NCBI GenBank assembly: GCA_977018835.1
Contig: OZ361256.1
Location: forward strand, 1,674,001 to 1,738,000
Source of the DNA: Minutocellus sp. GHC0000111
Lineage: Eukaryota
Direction: 5' to 3'
Length of the DNA: 64,000 bases
Shown: piece after piece, positions 1-12,053 of the stretch
Numbering within the stretch: the stretch's first letter is position 1
Layout of the letters: every line of letters begins with the position of its first letter
The notes under the pieces: generated by a model
The model's input: the letters and a program-made list of their open reading frames with translations, nothing else
Database searches by the model: none
Told to the model about the DNA's origin: nothing
Program-made: the position numbers and the translations under genes

Positions 1-2792
1 CTCTTGACGATGTCCGAGGGAGCACTGCCTTGGCTATTGCGGACCAGTACTCCCCTTGGATAAGCTTCTAGGAGAGCATTGATAGCATCCGGGCTTGTTC
101 CCGAAAAGCACGCACAATGCAAAGGTAGATTGCTCAAATCATCTCTCTGCTGGGCAGCCGAGGGATACGCTTTCAAGAGCCGTTCAATGACATCGGCGGA
201 TGCCAACCACGTACAGGCGGCATGCAATGGCAGTTGTCCTCCCGGCATTTTCCTGGTTTCGCATCCATCTTGAAATTTTGCAATAAGCAAGTCTACAACA
301 TCGACAGGAGGGCTGTTCTCACACAAGAGATAGAGCGGGGTGACCTTGGCTGGATATCCACCCCTGACCGTACAGTGGAAGACATTCGATGACTCTTCAG
401 GATGCAAACGAATTCGGTGAGGGATCGATGAAAATGAATGGGTCCGTATCAGCGTGACAAGATCTGTCCTTGCAGCGAATGCCTTGGCGGCATCAAGATG
501 TGCATCCGTAGCCGATCTAACCATCGCCGCCGGCTTGCCCTTTGGCGTACGCGGTGATAGGCGAGACATGAAGCCACTCGATGCAGGCGCGTTTTGACCG
601 GTCGCGTAATCTTCTGAATCGTCGTCAAAGCTAGCGTCCACATCGACTAGTGTACTGGACGGCTTCATCGCCCCTTGACCGCGACCGTTGCCACCAGATC
701 CTGGGCTCAGCAATCCTTGCAGGTCTGACATGCCGCCTCCGCTTGTGGGGTGCCCGCCGCCAAGGTTCAATGTGCCCAAGCTGGAATTCAACTCAGCTGT
801 TGCCCCGGCAGTGGCCCAGTAATTTGGATTCTTCCGCAATGCCCGTACAAGCCCAGCCTGGTTCGCCCGACCGTTTTCACCAGCCATGACCAATGCCTCT
901 TCCAACGGCGTACGTTCCCATCGGTTTCGGCCAACCACAGCATCCGGGTACGCCTTCATCAGAGCACTGACAACATCCAGGGAACTGACGCCCCAGTGCG
1001 CCGCAAGATGAAGGGGAAGGTATCCGTCCTTGGTCCTTTGTCTTGCCGCGTCGGGATACGCCCGCACAAGTGTTCGGATGACCTTGGCGCTGGCCTGACC
1101 GGATATGGCAATGTGCAGTGGCATCCTGCCACCCTCGGAATCGGTCTTGATGGCACGGGGGTAGGCATCCAGCAAGGCGTTGCACACCAGGAGCGAGTAA
1201 TGATCTCTTCGTGTCGAAGTCACGGATGTAGAAGTGATTTGTGGCATACTGGGAGATAATTTCGAAACTGGGGCCGATTTTGCTCTGTCTTGAACCGAGA
1301 GCGGTGTCGGTCGACTAATGCTCTGTTGATATTGGCGTCGTTGTTGTCCAACTGGACTGGTACTGGTACTGTTGTTATCAACGCCAGCACTGGATCCATT
1401 TGGTTGTGAAGAGTTCTGCTGAGGTACCATCGTGACCTCGATTCCAGCATTTTGCTCAGCACTAATCATTTGCGACATGCCCATTATGGAATAGTCGCGA
1501 CTGTCATGACTATGCCCTCTTCGATGACGCCCCCTTTGAGGCATTTTGGGCGGCCTACTACTGGAAGCCCTGCTCCCTGCCATGCATGCCGCCAGAGAAT
1601 CCGCCGCCAAAGATAGCGGGTCGGATTTGCAGGTCTTGATCGGTCCGGTCAATTCCTCCTCCTCTTCGCCGTCACCATTGTCATCTTGCTCTTGCTGCGG
1701 TTCATCGCCAATTACACTCTCGAGAACATCGTCCAGTTCACTCGACGGAGCCTCTTCGAAGCTCGCGTCCAGATCCACCGGTACCGACGTTCCTCTCCCC
1801 ACGGCCGTCGGTCGGGCTCCCATGGGTAGCAGACTGCCGCCCGTACTAGTAGTACCGCCAATGCTCGTCGCTGGGGACGGCGAGGAAATGTAACCACTCG
1901 CATTTGCATTGCTACTGCTACTACTGCTGGTAATGGTGGTACTGCTGCCCATGCCAAAGACGGCCAGATGAAGCGGCAAACACCCGTGGCGCGATTCGCG
2001 CTCCCCGGCAGCCTGGGGGTGGGCCTCGACCAGGGCCAGTATGGCCTTGCAGGCGGCCACGTACGGGTCTCTCTCCTCCCCCGCGTCCTGGGCATTGCCG
2101 TACAAACTGCTGGACGGCGGAGGACACGGCAGGGCGTGGACGCTCCGCAGCTTCATGCAGGCATGATGCAGCGCCTTGCACTTGACGGTATGGACCTGCC
2201 GCTCGGGCGTGCTGCTGCCGGCAGCGAGGCCGTCTGCCGCCCGTCCTCCGGCGGGCGTCGACGGGGTCACGGCGGGACGGCCCTTCCTCACGGACGTCCA
2301 CATGGCCGCCTCGCGGGGCCTGCTGTGGGCTCGTTCGGCCACCCTGTCCCACTCGTTGAGCTCTATGAGGACCAGCAATTTGGGCATCTTGGGACTGCTG
2401 CTGCTAATGGACTTTCGAGCGCTCGCCGTCGACGGCGGTGGGGTCATCATCACCATGTTGTTGGCTTCAGGTCCTCTGCTGTGTTTACTCGTGGGTAGCG
2501 GCGAGGCAGGAGTCATTACTGCCGCCTGGCCAGATACTTCCTCGTCGTAGGGTCCATTGGCATCGGCATCGGCGGCCTCAAACACCACCGTGGTCGATTT
2601 GGAGACTGTCGATCGAGGCGACGAAACGTGCGACCCGAACGACCTCGCCGATGGCGACTGATCCGACGGGGACGATTGCGGCGGCGGCGGCGGCGGAGGT
2701 GGGGACGGCGACGGGTCGGCAGTAGCATGTTCCACCGCCGCTGCTGCAGCTGGTGCAGCACCGACCGCCTTGCGACTTCGGGTGAATCGCAT
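1..2792 (-). CDS. Ankyrin-like (LPLH) repeat protein, 3' end runs off the window
   Basis: Not in the ORF track because there is no stop in the window. Manual translation gives one open frame from ATG 2792 (MRFTRSRKAVG...) to base 1, with repeated motifs HGCLPLHLAV, GRMPLHIAI, DGYLPLHLAA, GQLPLHAAC, SNLPLHCAC interleaved with 'LL.AYP.A' helices. Confidence 0.85.
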   Translation of the reverse strand, partial: MRFTRSRKAVGAAPAAAAAVEHATADPSPSPPPPPPPPQSSPSDQSPSARSFGSHVSSPRSTVSKSTTVVFEAADADANGPYDEEVSGQAAVMTPASPLPTSKHSRGPEANNMVMMTPPPSTASARKSISSSSPKMPKLLVLIELNEWDRVAERAHSRPREAAMWTSVRKGRPAVTPSTPAGGRAADGLAAGSSTPERQVHTVKCKALHHACMKLRSVHALPCPPPSSSLYGNAQDAGEERDPYVAACKAILALVEAHPQAAGERESRHGCLPLHLAVFGMGSSTTITSSSSSSNANASGYISSPSPATSIGGTTSTGGSLLPMGARPTAVGRGTSVPVDLDASFEEAPSSELDDVLESVIGDEPQQEQDDNGDGEEEEELTGPIKTCKSDPLSLAADSLAACMAGSRASSSRPPKMPQRGRHRRGHSHDSRDYSIMGMSQMISAEQNAGIEVTMVPQQNSSQPNGSSAGVDNNSTSTSPVGQQRRQYQQSISRPTPLSVQDRAKSAPVSKLSPSMPQITSTSVTSTRRDHYSLLVCNALLDAYPRAIKTDSEGGRMPLHIAISGQASAKVIRTLVRAYPDAARQRTKDGYLPLHLAAHWGVSSLDVVSALMKAYPDAVVGRNRWERTPLEEALVMAGENGRANQAGLVRALRKNPNYWATAGATAELNSSLGTLNLGGGHPTSGGGMSDLQGLLSPGSGGNGRGQGAMKPSSTLVDVDASFDDDSEDYATGQNAPASSGFMSRLSPRTPKGKPAAMVRSATDAHLDAAKAFAARTDLVTLIRTHSFSSIPHRIRLHPEESSNVFHCTVRGGYPAKVTPLYLLCENSPPVDVVDLLIAKFQDGCETRKMPGGQLPLHAACTWLASADVIERLLKAYPSAAQQRDDLSNLPLHCACFSGTSPDAINALLEAYPRGVLVRNSQGSAPSDIVK

Positions 2793-3310
2793 GGGTCTTT
2801 GCTAATGCTGGTGCCGCCCACCTCGTCCCAACAAGCCAAATGCAACTCGTATAAAAAAACCCAGCACGAGTTGATGGCTGTGTGCTCAAAATTCAAAAAT
2901 CAAATCAACACGAGCAAGTCTTGGCGCTGGCTTGTCGAGGCTGTGCTTAGCCTATTCCCACCGGCCGAGGCCAGCCGATGCGATGCCAACCTTTGCAACC
3001 AGAGAGCAAATCTCCTTTGCTTGGGTTAGCTATTGCGCTGCTCGGGTCGGTCGTGGTTATGGCGGAGCGGTCACTGCAAGCGAGCCGTTGGCTGCCTCAT
3101 TGCTTTTGCCACTCTCTTTTGCCGCTCCGCTGCTGCGTTCTCGCGCGAGCCTGCCGGCTCATTTTGCTGACGAAAGAGTTGCATCTCGGAAACAGAGATC
3201 GGCATTTTCTTCGCTCTCGAGAAAAGCAGGCAAGGAGGCAAGGATAGATCTACTACCGGTACCCTCTGTAGCTACCGGTACGTAGTATCCCCAAATAGAG
3301 CACTCTTAGT

Positions 3311-4276
3311 TTAATCGCAGGCTTCTCCAAACCCCGCACTCATCAGCTCGTGCCGAATCACAAGCAACAGTTCGGCCTCCTGCAACATTGCAATCTCTCG
3401 GCATTCCTCTTCCGATAACACCCCCTCCGTTCTCAGTCTACATGCATCGATGAAGGCAACGTCGTCCCATTCCCCCGGTGGGATTCTGACTTCTCTTGTC
3501 GTTTCCTCGCCTCCTCCTCCCACAATGATTCGATGGATGGATCCCCGCCCATCTTCACCCTCACCAGCAGCAATGATTGCTCCTCGACCATTGTTTCCAA
3601 AAGAGCAGCAGCACGGTGCATGTTCCAATGCAATGCGACGCAATTCATCGCGTATCGGATGATGCGCTGGGCATGCCAACTCTTTCGATCCGCCAAGTAT
3701 CCAATACTTGGCGTTGTCGTAGCCGGTGTGGTTGCCCTCCCCCAATGCCGGTCCCTCCAACCGATGAATAATGGAGTGGATCCGATCGGCCATATCTGTC
3801 AGGGGATGTCTCTCGGCCCAATCGGTCTGACCCCGGTGGGTGGCTGCATACTCGGCCTCGTCTAAGTTGTGCGGAGTTACGCCCAGTATTACCTCGTGGG
3901 CAGCCTCCAAATTGCCCCTTGACAGCAGCAACGCGGCAGCGGCACGGTAAAATGCGGGAGGATTGCGCAAACCATACACCCCAAACGACGATGGTCGAAA
4001 GACACCCACATCATTTTTGTTGTCATCGTCCGCCAAAAGAGACCGCAGCGCAGACGTTCCATTGAAGATGGAATATCCCATCGGCAAAGAGTCAATCATG
4101 CCAAAGCGTTGGGCATCGCCAGATGCTCGATCAAGGATGGACCGGAGTGAATAGTTATCCTCGACGCACAGGCCTGAGTGCAGTGTCACTGGTGTTGTCT
4201 TGGGTGCCAGCGCTTGGACGACGCGGTTGATGGCTATTATTGGGAGCAGCACGTAGTATAAGCTACCTGCCATCAT
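3311..4276 (-). CDS. Hypothetical protein with N-terminal signal peptide and H..HRxEG...NAKYW motif
   Basis: ORF 3311..4459; likely start MMAGSLYYVLLPIIAINRVVQA at 4276. Contains LEAAHEV, IHSIIHRLEG and YDNAKYW. Confidence 0.7.
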   Translation of the reverse strand: MMAGSLYYVLLPIIAINRVVQALAPKTTPVTLHSGLCVEDNYSLRSILDRASGDAQRFGMIDSLPMGYSIFNGTSALRSLLADDDNKNDVGVFRPSSFGVYGLRNPPAFYRAAAALLLSRGNLEAAHEVILGVTPHNLDEAEYAATHRGQTDWAERHPLTDMADRIHSIIHRLEGPALGEGNHTGYDNAKYWILGGSKELACPAHHPIRDELRRIALEHAPCCCSFGNNGRGAIIAAGEGEDGRGSIHRIIVGGGGEETTREVRIPPGEWDDVAFIDACRLRTEGVLSEEECREIAMLQEAELLLVIRHELMSAGFGEACD

Positions 4277-4916
4277 GTTGGAATGGCATGGACTAACAAG
4301 TCCACGACGCAGGCAGATCGGCAGCGCAGTCAGGGTTTTGGCTTGGATGTGGCGGTTTGCGGGAGATCGCACATTGTACAGAAACACCCGGAAATGGGAC
4401 ATAACTGAGCACTTGCAAACTGCGTTGATCTTGCACGGAGCAGGGCGGCGGCTGATCACATACCAACCGAACGAAGCAAAAGACTTGGCCCTCGCCCCAG
4501 TTTAGGGACGTCAAAGGAGTCACCACCACTTCTCGCTACGTAGCTCGCGTTTGCTACTTGGCGTCGCAGAAGTTACCGCTCGGCGCCGAGAATATTTGCG
4601 TGTCTGTGGCAAAAGCAACACATTATTTTGTCGGCGGAACTTTTTCTTCAACCCGTGCGTCCTCCGACTGCAACCAACTGAAAGACCCTTCCACGAGTAC
4701 GGTCCCATCATTATTGCGGCATAGCTCTGCCTCGAGGTATCTCTATCAGTATCTCCGTCGATTAGCTGTCCACGTCGTGATTTTTGGCACGCAAAATACA
4801 AGAAGACCGACGACTACCTTCATCCGTCCCGCACCCGCCAAGCACAACCACAGAAAGAAATCTCTGCAGACCTCTCGGAAACCAAGCCAATACGACTAGC
4901 TAGCTCCACACGAAAG

Positions 4917-6086
4917 ATGGACCTCACCCCCACCCTCAAGGGTCTAGGATCGCCCACATTTACGGGAGAATCACCCATGGATTACCTCAGCCCCTGCCGC
5001 CGGGGGTTGCTCCCGCTCAAGAAGCGACGGAAGCTCGTGGGCGCGGCAGCAGCAGCAGCAGCGGGACGAGCAAATGGTCACCAGACCGACGACTCCTCAT
5101 CCTCGGGCAGCAACGTCATCGAGCCCAGTCCAGAGTTTGCCTTGTCCAAGGGGAGGGGCGCAAAACGTGCAGCAAAGATGTCCTCCATGGGTGTCCTGGC
5201 ATCAGCGGCAGCGTTTGCATCGAGCAGCATCGTATCGGCCTCGTCCACCTCCGATGCAGCAGCCGCGTCCTTCCTGGTGCAGTCGGATTCTTCCTCGGCG
5301 GCCATGCCCGCGCCGAGTATCCCAGTGCTGCAGGGCATGGTCACGACGGCAGGCAACCCTTCACCTACCAACAAATCTCGCACCAGCTACCAAGATCGAC
5401 GCTTCACCGACAGCGACCCGCCCGAGGCGAGATGCCAGGCCACCACCACCCGAGGGCGGGCCTGTGCCTTCGTTTCCATCGGCGGGACCAAGTACTGCAA
5501 CGTCCATGCCAACTATGACACGGCACCGCCTCCTCGACGGAGTGGATTTGGGGATGGCGGCGGCGGCGGCAGCAGCAAGGCAAAGGTCCCCGCGTCGCCG
5601 CGGAAGGCTGCATCCGCGGTGACTTCGTCATCGACAACTTCTCATCACAAGGAGCAGATGTCCGGCAGTGGTACCAACCGTCACCTCCTAAATAATCTCC
5701 CGAGCATCCAATGGTCCAAGAAGGTCGTAGAGATTGCCGTGGGACCCTTTACGGGTGAGAAGGGCATTGTATTGAAATTTGGCAACGGATGGGTGACCGT
5801 CAAGGTGAAGGGGAAGGATGGCAAGCCTTTGCACCACAATCGTCGGAGCATGGAGCTCTACCTCCTTCCAGAAGATGGGCGCGGAAACTCAGCTGCAAGT
5901 ATATCTTCCAAAGAGACGATCAATGGCTGGGCGAGCCCCAAGATTACCACGCCTTACAGTTCAGGCAAAGGAAGTAGCAGCCATGAGGAGGAGGATGCTA
6001 GTGCGACGCCCCTCTCACCTCGGAGCGGCCGAGAGATTCACAAGCCCAAGCGCTACGATAGCAGCGACGAGGAAGATAGCTCTTGA
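4917..6086 (+). CDS. Hypothetical nuclear protein with C3H zinc-binding motif and KOW-like motif
   Basis: 389 aa ORF with PLKKRRK (NLS-like), RCQATTTRGRAC-x9-YCNVH and VEIAVGPFTGEKGIVLKFGNGWVTV. Confidence 0.75.
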   Translation: MDLTPTLKGLGSPTFTGESPMDYLSPCRRGLLPLKKRRKLVGAAAAAAAGRANGHQTDDSSSSGSNVIEPSPEFALSKGRGAKRAAKMSSMGVLASAAAFASSSIVSASSTSDAAAASFLVQSDSSSAAMPAPSIPVLQGMVTTAGNPSPTNKSRTSYQDRRFTDSDPPEARCQATTTRGRACAFVSIGGTKYCNVHANYDTAPPPRRSGFGDGGGGGSSKAKVPASPRKAASAVTSSSTTSHHKEQMSGSGTNRHLLNNLPSIQWSKKVVEIAVGPFTGEKGIVLKFGNGWVTVKVKGKDGKPLHHNRRSMELYLLPEDGRGNSAASISSKETINGWASPKITTPYSSGKGSSSHEEEDASATPLSPRSGREIHKPKRYDSSDEEDSS

Positions 6087-6747
6087 GCTTGGAATGAATC
6101 GACACTCGCTCAGCTATATCATCATATGGGACGAAACTCTTTGATCCACATTGAGATGGGCTAGCGAAGACAACGATGCCGGTCATCCCTTTTCACTCGA
6201 GAGAGAGTTGCTTCCCCGGCGCGATGGCTTGGCTCGTGGCCTCGAAGTTGAAGAGGTCAGGTTTGGCTCACGTCATCATTCATTTGATACCCAATTTTGT
6301 ATAAGATTAAAGTAGATATAATTTGTATAATTCAAGAGAAACACTGGTACCGTAGATCTACCGGTACGGTAGAATCTCAATATTGGATCTCTCGCCTGAC
6401 TCGCCTGCCCTGCCGATGCTGCATGCCTTGCCGATGATGCCATGCCGCTCCTCTTCATTGAACTTTCGCAATGACGATGGCGTAGATCATAGAGAAACAT
6501 TTGCACCTACGCGATCGCGACGCCCAAAATTGGCCGCCACAATACGCGTACAAGCTGCCGCAGTCCCTTCCCAACGCATGGCATGTCGGAGGGAGGATAC
6601 GCAGCATACTATAATCTCATCAGCTCATCAAAACGGACGGATCATTGAAAAATTTGCCCACTATTCGGCCGGGCTTCCTAATCCAGTAATATTTAGTTTC
6701 ACCCCGCAAGCGGCAGATACTGGTCTTTAGGAACTCAAAAGCACAAC

Positions 6748-9152
6748 ATGAGTTCCCAACAAGAAGTCACCTCCTGCACGATCCCTCTCCCTTCTGGAGA
6801 TGACGGGAAGAACAAGACGCGTCAGCGTCACCACGGCCAAACCAAATTAGCCGTGTCGCTAACTGCCATAACGTTGGCAATGTTGGTGATTATTGGTGCA
6901 ATGTGCAATCTAATGCCCCTAAAGGCATCGAAGCAACCAGCACCAGCACATGCGTCATCGGAATTCTCGTCGTCGTCATCATCATCTTGGATGAGGAACC
7001 TCGAGGACAACAACGACAACGACGACGGAGAATGGTCCGACTATGCCTGCGACGGCATCTTCACAGCCACGGAACCCAACACGGCCGATCGGTGCGCGTA
7101 TGCCCAAACCTGCAACGGCGGTGAAGGGCTGTTCGCGTCCTTTGTATTTTGCAACAATTCGTACCTCTCCACTACGGCATGGTGCGCCATCCTCAGTCCC
7201 TTCTTGCTGGTATGGCTCGTCACCTTGTTTCGGATGCTGGGTTCGACCGCGGAGGATTTCTTCAGCCCATCATTGGAAATGTTCAGCTTCAAAATGGGCC
7301 TGCCCCCGCGCTTCGCTGGTGTTTCGCTTCTGGCGCTGGGCAACGGGTCGGCCGATGTTTCCGCGACGGTCAATGCCATCACCAAGGATCCCGCGAACGG
7401 ATATCAGTTGAGTTTGGGTGCGCTAACTGGTGCGAGTATGTTCATTACGTGCATGGTCATGGGAAGCATTGTGATTGCTGCTGATGGTGTCCCATGTCGA
7501 GGTGCCCTTGTTCGAGACGTTCTGATGATGGCGGTGACGGTCGTGGTGGTATTCCTTGCTCTTCGTTCGGGCAGTATTGACAGCAAATCGACCACAACAT
7601 TCTTTGGAATGTACCTTGGTTTTGTTGTGGTGGTGCTGATTGCGGATATTTATCACCGAAAAGTTGTAGTGCCGCGGCTCAGAGCTAGAGAGGAGGCCAG
7701 AGAAAGAGAACGGCAACTCGATGAGGGCCGTCGGGCGATGGATGCTGCTGCCGATGCGGTTGACAGAGTTGCTAACGAGGCATTGTCCGGGTCGGTTGCC
7801 TCCCTCCCTGGCGTATCGGAATCCAACGAAGAGCCAAGCACTGAAATGCGCTTGGAACCTCCCAGCGACCGATCTTCGGCCATGATGGGAGGTGCCGCTG
7901 AGTCAACCATTCGGATAATGCCCACAGGAGTAAGCGAAGCTTCGTCGGTGGAGGAGATGCCCGTCCACAACCGAGCTCTCAACGCAGTTCTCAACGCCTT
8001 GAGCAACTACGACAAGTACGAGGAGACCGGTACAGAAGACCCTCAGCATGCTGCAGATGGTTGGGGCGTCGGAATCGACGGTGCTTCATCCGAAGCAGAG
8101 CGGCCCATCAAGCTGCATGGTAAGGATGGTCTGCTCAACCGACACGGATCTCACTCCGCGGTTGGCACCGCCGCCGAGACGCATCTCCAGATGTCCGCCT
8201 CTGGAGCAGGAGATGGCGAGCACCACATGGATTCTCCCTACTCTATCATGGAGGGCGGAATGGACGAGATCTGCACCGACGGTACTGGAGGATTTGGCGC
8301 GCATAGTTGGACCGGTGCCTGGCATGATGGAAAGAAGAACTTCGGGTCCACTGGCATGAGATGTGGGAAGATATCTTTGACAATGAGGAAAATTCCTTCT
8401 TGGACAAATTTTTGCTTGCGGTGGAATTGCCGTTTACTGTGATGCGCAAATCTACGGTGCCAATTCCCTGCGAAGGATATTATTGCCGCGCCCTCGTTGC
8501 CCTGTCTCTGGTCGTTTCACCGTTGTGGCTTGGGATTTATTTTTTCGTTTTCTTCGACAAATTTTTGCTCTGGGAATGTCTTGTCCTTTCCGCCCTGATG
8601 ATGATTGCGGCCCTATTCATTATGCGCTACGCACCTGGAGGTGATGGCAACATGAATTTATTGATTGCTGGACCGATCGCTCTCTATGGCTTCGTCGTTG
8701 CCGCGACCTGGATCGATGCCATTGCCGATCGACTGGTTGGTCTTCTCAACTTCCTCGGAGTGGTATGTAAGATCCCTGGTACAATTATGGGCTTGACTAT
8801 CCTCGCTTGGGGCAATTCCATGGCAGATCTTGCTGCCAATGTAACAATGGCAAAGAAGGGCCTTGCGAACATGGCGGCAACGGCCTGCTGGGCAGGACCA
8901 ACATTCAATATTCTCATTGGACTGGCAGCGGGCTTTACAGCTCTGGGCAATATCACCGGAAAGGACGAGAATGAAGTGGCATTGTCGGCATCGATCACCA
9001 CTGGCTTCGTTTTCACTTTGATCAATTGTACTGCTCTTGTTGTGAGTGGTGTCTTTATATTCAAAGGATTTATTCCTCCTGCATTTGGCTACTTTTCCAT
9101 TGCCCTCTACGTGGCATATGTCATCACATGCCTCTACGTGCAGTTTGCATAG
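6748..9152 (+). CDS. Cation/Ca2+ exchanger (CCX/NCLX-like, Na_Ca_ex family); 1-bp frameshift at ~8331
   Basis: Alpha-1 repeat GVSLLALGNGSADV in ORF 6748..8442 and alpha-2 repeat GLTILAWGNSMADL in ORF 8361..9152. Adding one A at the AAA run 8331-8333 joins them as WHDGKEELRVHWHEMWED. Confidence 0.9.
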
Positions 9153-9298
9153 CTACGCATCGCAGTATTTTTTAGATTGATAAGTTCTGCCCACACTGGG
9201 GTGATACCAATTGGTTACAAGGAGCTTCTGTAAATTATATTTACTAAATCTTTTGTACATACATACAGAAACATGAATCTGATTCTAATTCAAAAGCT

Positions 9299-10657
9299 CT
9301 AAGAAGCAGAACGAAGGACAGTGACATTAATGACCGACCCGACCGGTGCCTTGTTTAGCTTGGACATCACCTCGGTAGATCCTCTCAAGACCGCTTCACC
9401 ATTGATGCTCAAGATATTATCACCGACCTTCAAATCGGTCTCGGCCAAAACGCCCCCCGGTAATGCCACAATCTTGGTCCCTCTCAACTTGATCTGCATC
9501 TTATCTCCCGACGATTTGATGATGGGAACGTCAACTTCCGTCTCTTGTACGAGGTTGCGATTACTGATTCGAGATGTGACACCGGCAAGCATCCTGCTGG
9601 AGCGATATGCGACTGCCTGGGCTCCAAATCCAGACGGGTGCGCGTACATTCCTGGTCCTACTGAGTAGGTTTGGCCGTTATCCTGCCCTGGCACATAAAC
9701 ACCTGCCATGGCATGAGTCGAGGCGATAAGAGGCGCAGTCTCTTGGAGTGGCGGGGCACTTGGTGTCGGACGGGAATTGCCTCCCATCTCTTCGTCCACG
9801 AATTGAGCGTCCGACACTGGCGGCGAAGATACGACAGTAGCGCCCGTTACTACAGGAATATTGCTGCTGTCCGTGGCTGCAACTTCCACACTATCTGACG
9901 CAGCCGCACCACCCTCTATCAACCATATACTCATGTGATCTTCCCCGGAATACTGAGGAGTGCGGACGTAGTATTTGCCGACCATGCGAGGACAGTCGTT
10001 GATGATCATTCCCGACGTCTTTTCCTTGGTGAGGCGCATGTGGACTTGGTGTCCATTGTTCTCATTCGGATCGCCCGTGCCTCTCAGATACTGCTTGGTC
10101 ATTGCCAATCTATCTCCTTTCCACACTCTTCGGAGGACAAATGAGCCCACTCGATCGTCTCCTTTGCCCTTGACGGTGTGTTGATTGGGTATCCCGCTGG
10201 GCTCGTACGACAATTCGAATGGTTCCATCAACTGCTCCACGCCATTCTGGTTGTACAGTCCCGTGTATTTGCCGGGTGCTGAGCACGGCTCTTTGGATGC
10301 CGTGTTCAAGTGGCTCATCACCCAATTGTGCTCGCTTGGGATGGACTCGGTGTCGGAATTGCGCTTCCCCTCCTTGTACTTGATATAGCAATATATTAGG
10401 ATCAGAAGGAATGAAATAGATACGACGATGATAATGCCCAAGAGGCATGTGTTGTCGCACGAACCGCCCTCGCCGCCATCGTAGCCTCGAAATGTGTTGC
10501 TCGCGCCTTTCCACTTGTAACTCGACCCTCCGTACGAGCTGGTCTTGGAGCCACTGCTCCAACTCGAACCACCAAAGCTCGACTTCTTCAGGTATCGAGG
10601 AGTATCAGTGTTGAATGCAGATTTCATCGGGGATGCTGTAGAGGGAATGGCGCTCAT
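9299..10657 (-). CDS. Single-pass membrane protein with C-terminal PDZ-like domain
   Basis: Likely start MSAIPSTASP at 10657; TM segment LLGIIIVVSISFLLILIYCYI; C-terminal LKVGDNILSINGEAV...VTVLR resembles PDZ. Confidence 0.7.
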   Translation of the reverse strand: MSAIPSTASPMKSAFNTDTPRYLKKSSFGGSSWSSGSKTSSYGGSSYKWKGASNTFRGYDGGEGGSCDNTCLLGIIIVVSISFLLILIYCYIKYKEGKRNSDTESIPSEHNWVMSHLNTASKEPCSAPGKYTGLYNQNGVEQLMEPFELSYEPSGIPNQHTVKGKGDDRVGSFVLRRVWKGDRLAMTKQYLRGTGDPNENNGHQVHMRLTKEKTSGMIINDCPRMVGKYYVRTPQYSGEDHMSIWLIEGGAAASDSVEVAATDSSNIPVVTGATVVSSPPVSDAQFVDEEMGGNSRPTPSAPPLQETAPLIASTHAMAGVYVPGQDNGQTYSVGPGMYAHPSGFGAQAVAYRSSRMLAGVTSRISNRNLVQETEVDVPIIKSSGDKMQIKLRGTKIVALPGGVLAETDLKVGDNILSINGEAVLRGSTEVMSKLNKAPVGSVINVTVLRSAS

Positions 10658-11041
10658 CTTGCCTTGGCTGTTGGTATTATAGAGTATGTGGTCGTCGCCA
10701 ATCGAAAATGGTTGGCGGCCGATGGCTAAATTATGGCAACAACTTGTGCAACATATGGTGCGCCAAAAAACGAGGTTGCTCTTTGCCGCGAATGAATTCG
10801 TCTGGTTTCCCAATCTTGGCGCTTGGGCCTTGGCTAAATCGATTTTGTGTATCGTGGCGCTTTTTAGAGCTTTTGAGGAGGGAGGGAGGGCCATTGTCGT
10901 CTTCATCATGCGCATCACGCAGAAACACGCGGAGTGGTCCAGGTGGTTCGAGCAAAAGAACGACGTGGCGGCTCGGCCCATGCACATGGCATGGCCCATC
11001 CTTGCAACCCACCAGACCACGAGACCATGCCAATAGCCAAG

Positions 11042-11931
11042 ATGATAAGACCACTGTCCACCGCTGCAACCATATTATTGCTCTCCGAGGCAACGGCCTT
11101 CGGTCCCGCAGGTCATTCCATATCCTCTCGGGCACACACAAGATGTGCCGGCGGCGCCGCGCAACAAAGAACAACAAATGCGTTGAATTCTTCTGCTCGT
11201 CCGCCAAAATTCCTACAACCAACAAGCACATTGTCAATTCGAACATCCCCAACTGCTTTGAACTCGTTCGCTGTCGACATGGTGAATAACTTCTTCCTAA
11301 CCCAGCCCTACACTGCCGCGGCGCTCACTTGCGGGGTAAAGGCGTCGGCCGCCGACTACGTTGCCCAGAGGCGACACTTATCGAAACGCGACGGATCTCC
11401 CGATGAGATCGAGATCGATGAGGAGGGGACGGAGCAGGAGGTGTTCGAGGCACCGCGGAATCTCGCCTTCTTGCTATATGGTGCCATATATCAGGGTATG
11501 GGACAGGAATTGATATACAACCACCTGTATTCATCCTGGTTCGGTAGCGGCACCGGACCGGCGATCGTCGCGGCCAAGGTGGCGTTCGATTTGCTAATTC
11601 AGACCACCCTCCTGACCCTGCCGGTTGCCTATCTGACCAAGGCGGCGATATTTCGATATTCCTTTGCGGAGGGATTGCGAAGATATTGGGAGGACATTAC
11701 CACGCATGGGCTGTTACTAAAATATTTCGCTCTGTGGGGACCAGTACAGTGTTTAACATTCTCTGTAGTCCCTGAACAATTTCGAATCGGATTTGTCGCC
11801 GCCGTTAGCTTCTTTCGAAACCGCCATTGGTGCAATTCGACGGGATGGACGACGATGATCTATCTGCCGCCATCGACGGAGATGATGAATGTCTACTGGC
11901 GGATGGATACACATGTTCCATAGATGGATAG
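11042..11931 (+). CDS. Mpv17/PMP22 family membrane protein, plastid-type leader; apparent small deletion/frameshift near 11815
   Basis: MIRPLSTAATILLLSEATAF leader; VKASAADYVAQ, RNLAFLLYGAIYQG and LWGPVQCLTFSVVPEQFR motifs. The last TM helix is cut after VSFF, and a shifted frame gives a plausible tail ...DDECLLADGYTCSIDG* ending 11931. Confidence 0.85.
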
Positions 11932-12053
11932 ATGATTTTCATTTATTCAAATCATTTGCATTAAGCTTAGCTTTTGATTGTATAGAAGAGTAGCGTACTA
12001 GTTGCTAGCACTGCCGTTTTGAGTAGACGAGAGGAGTGACGGTCGGCCTCACA

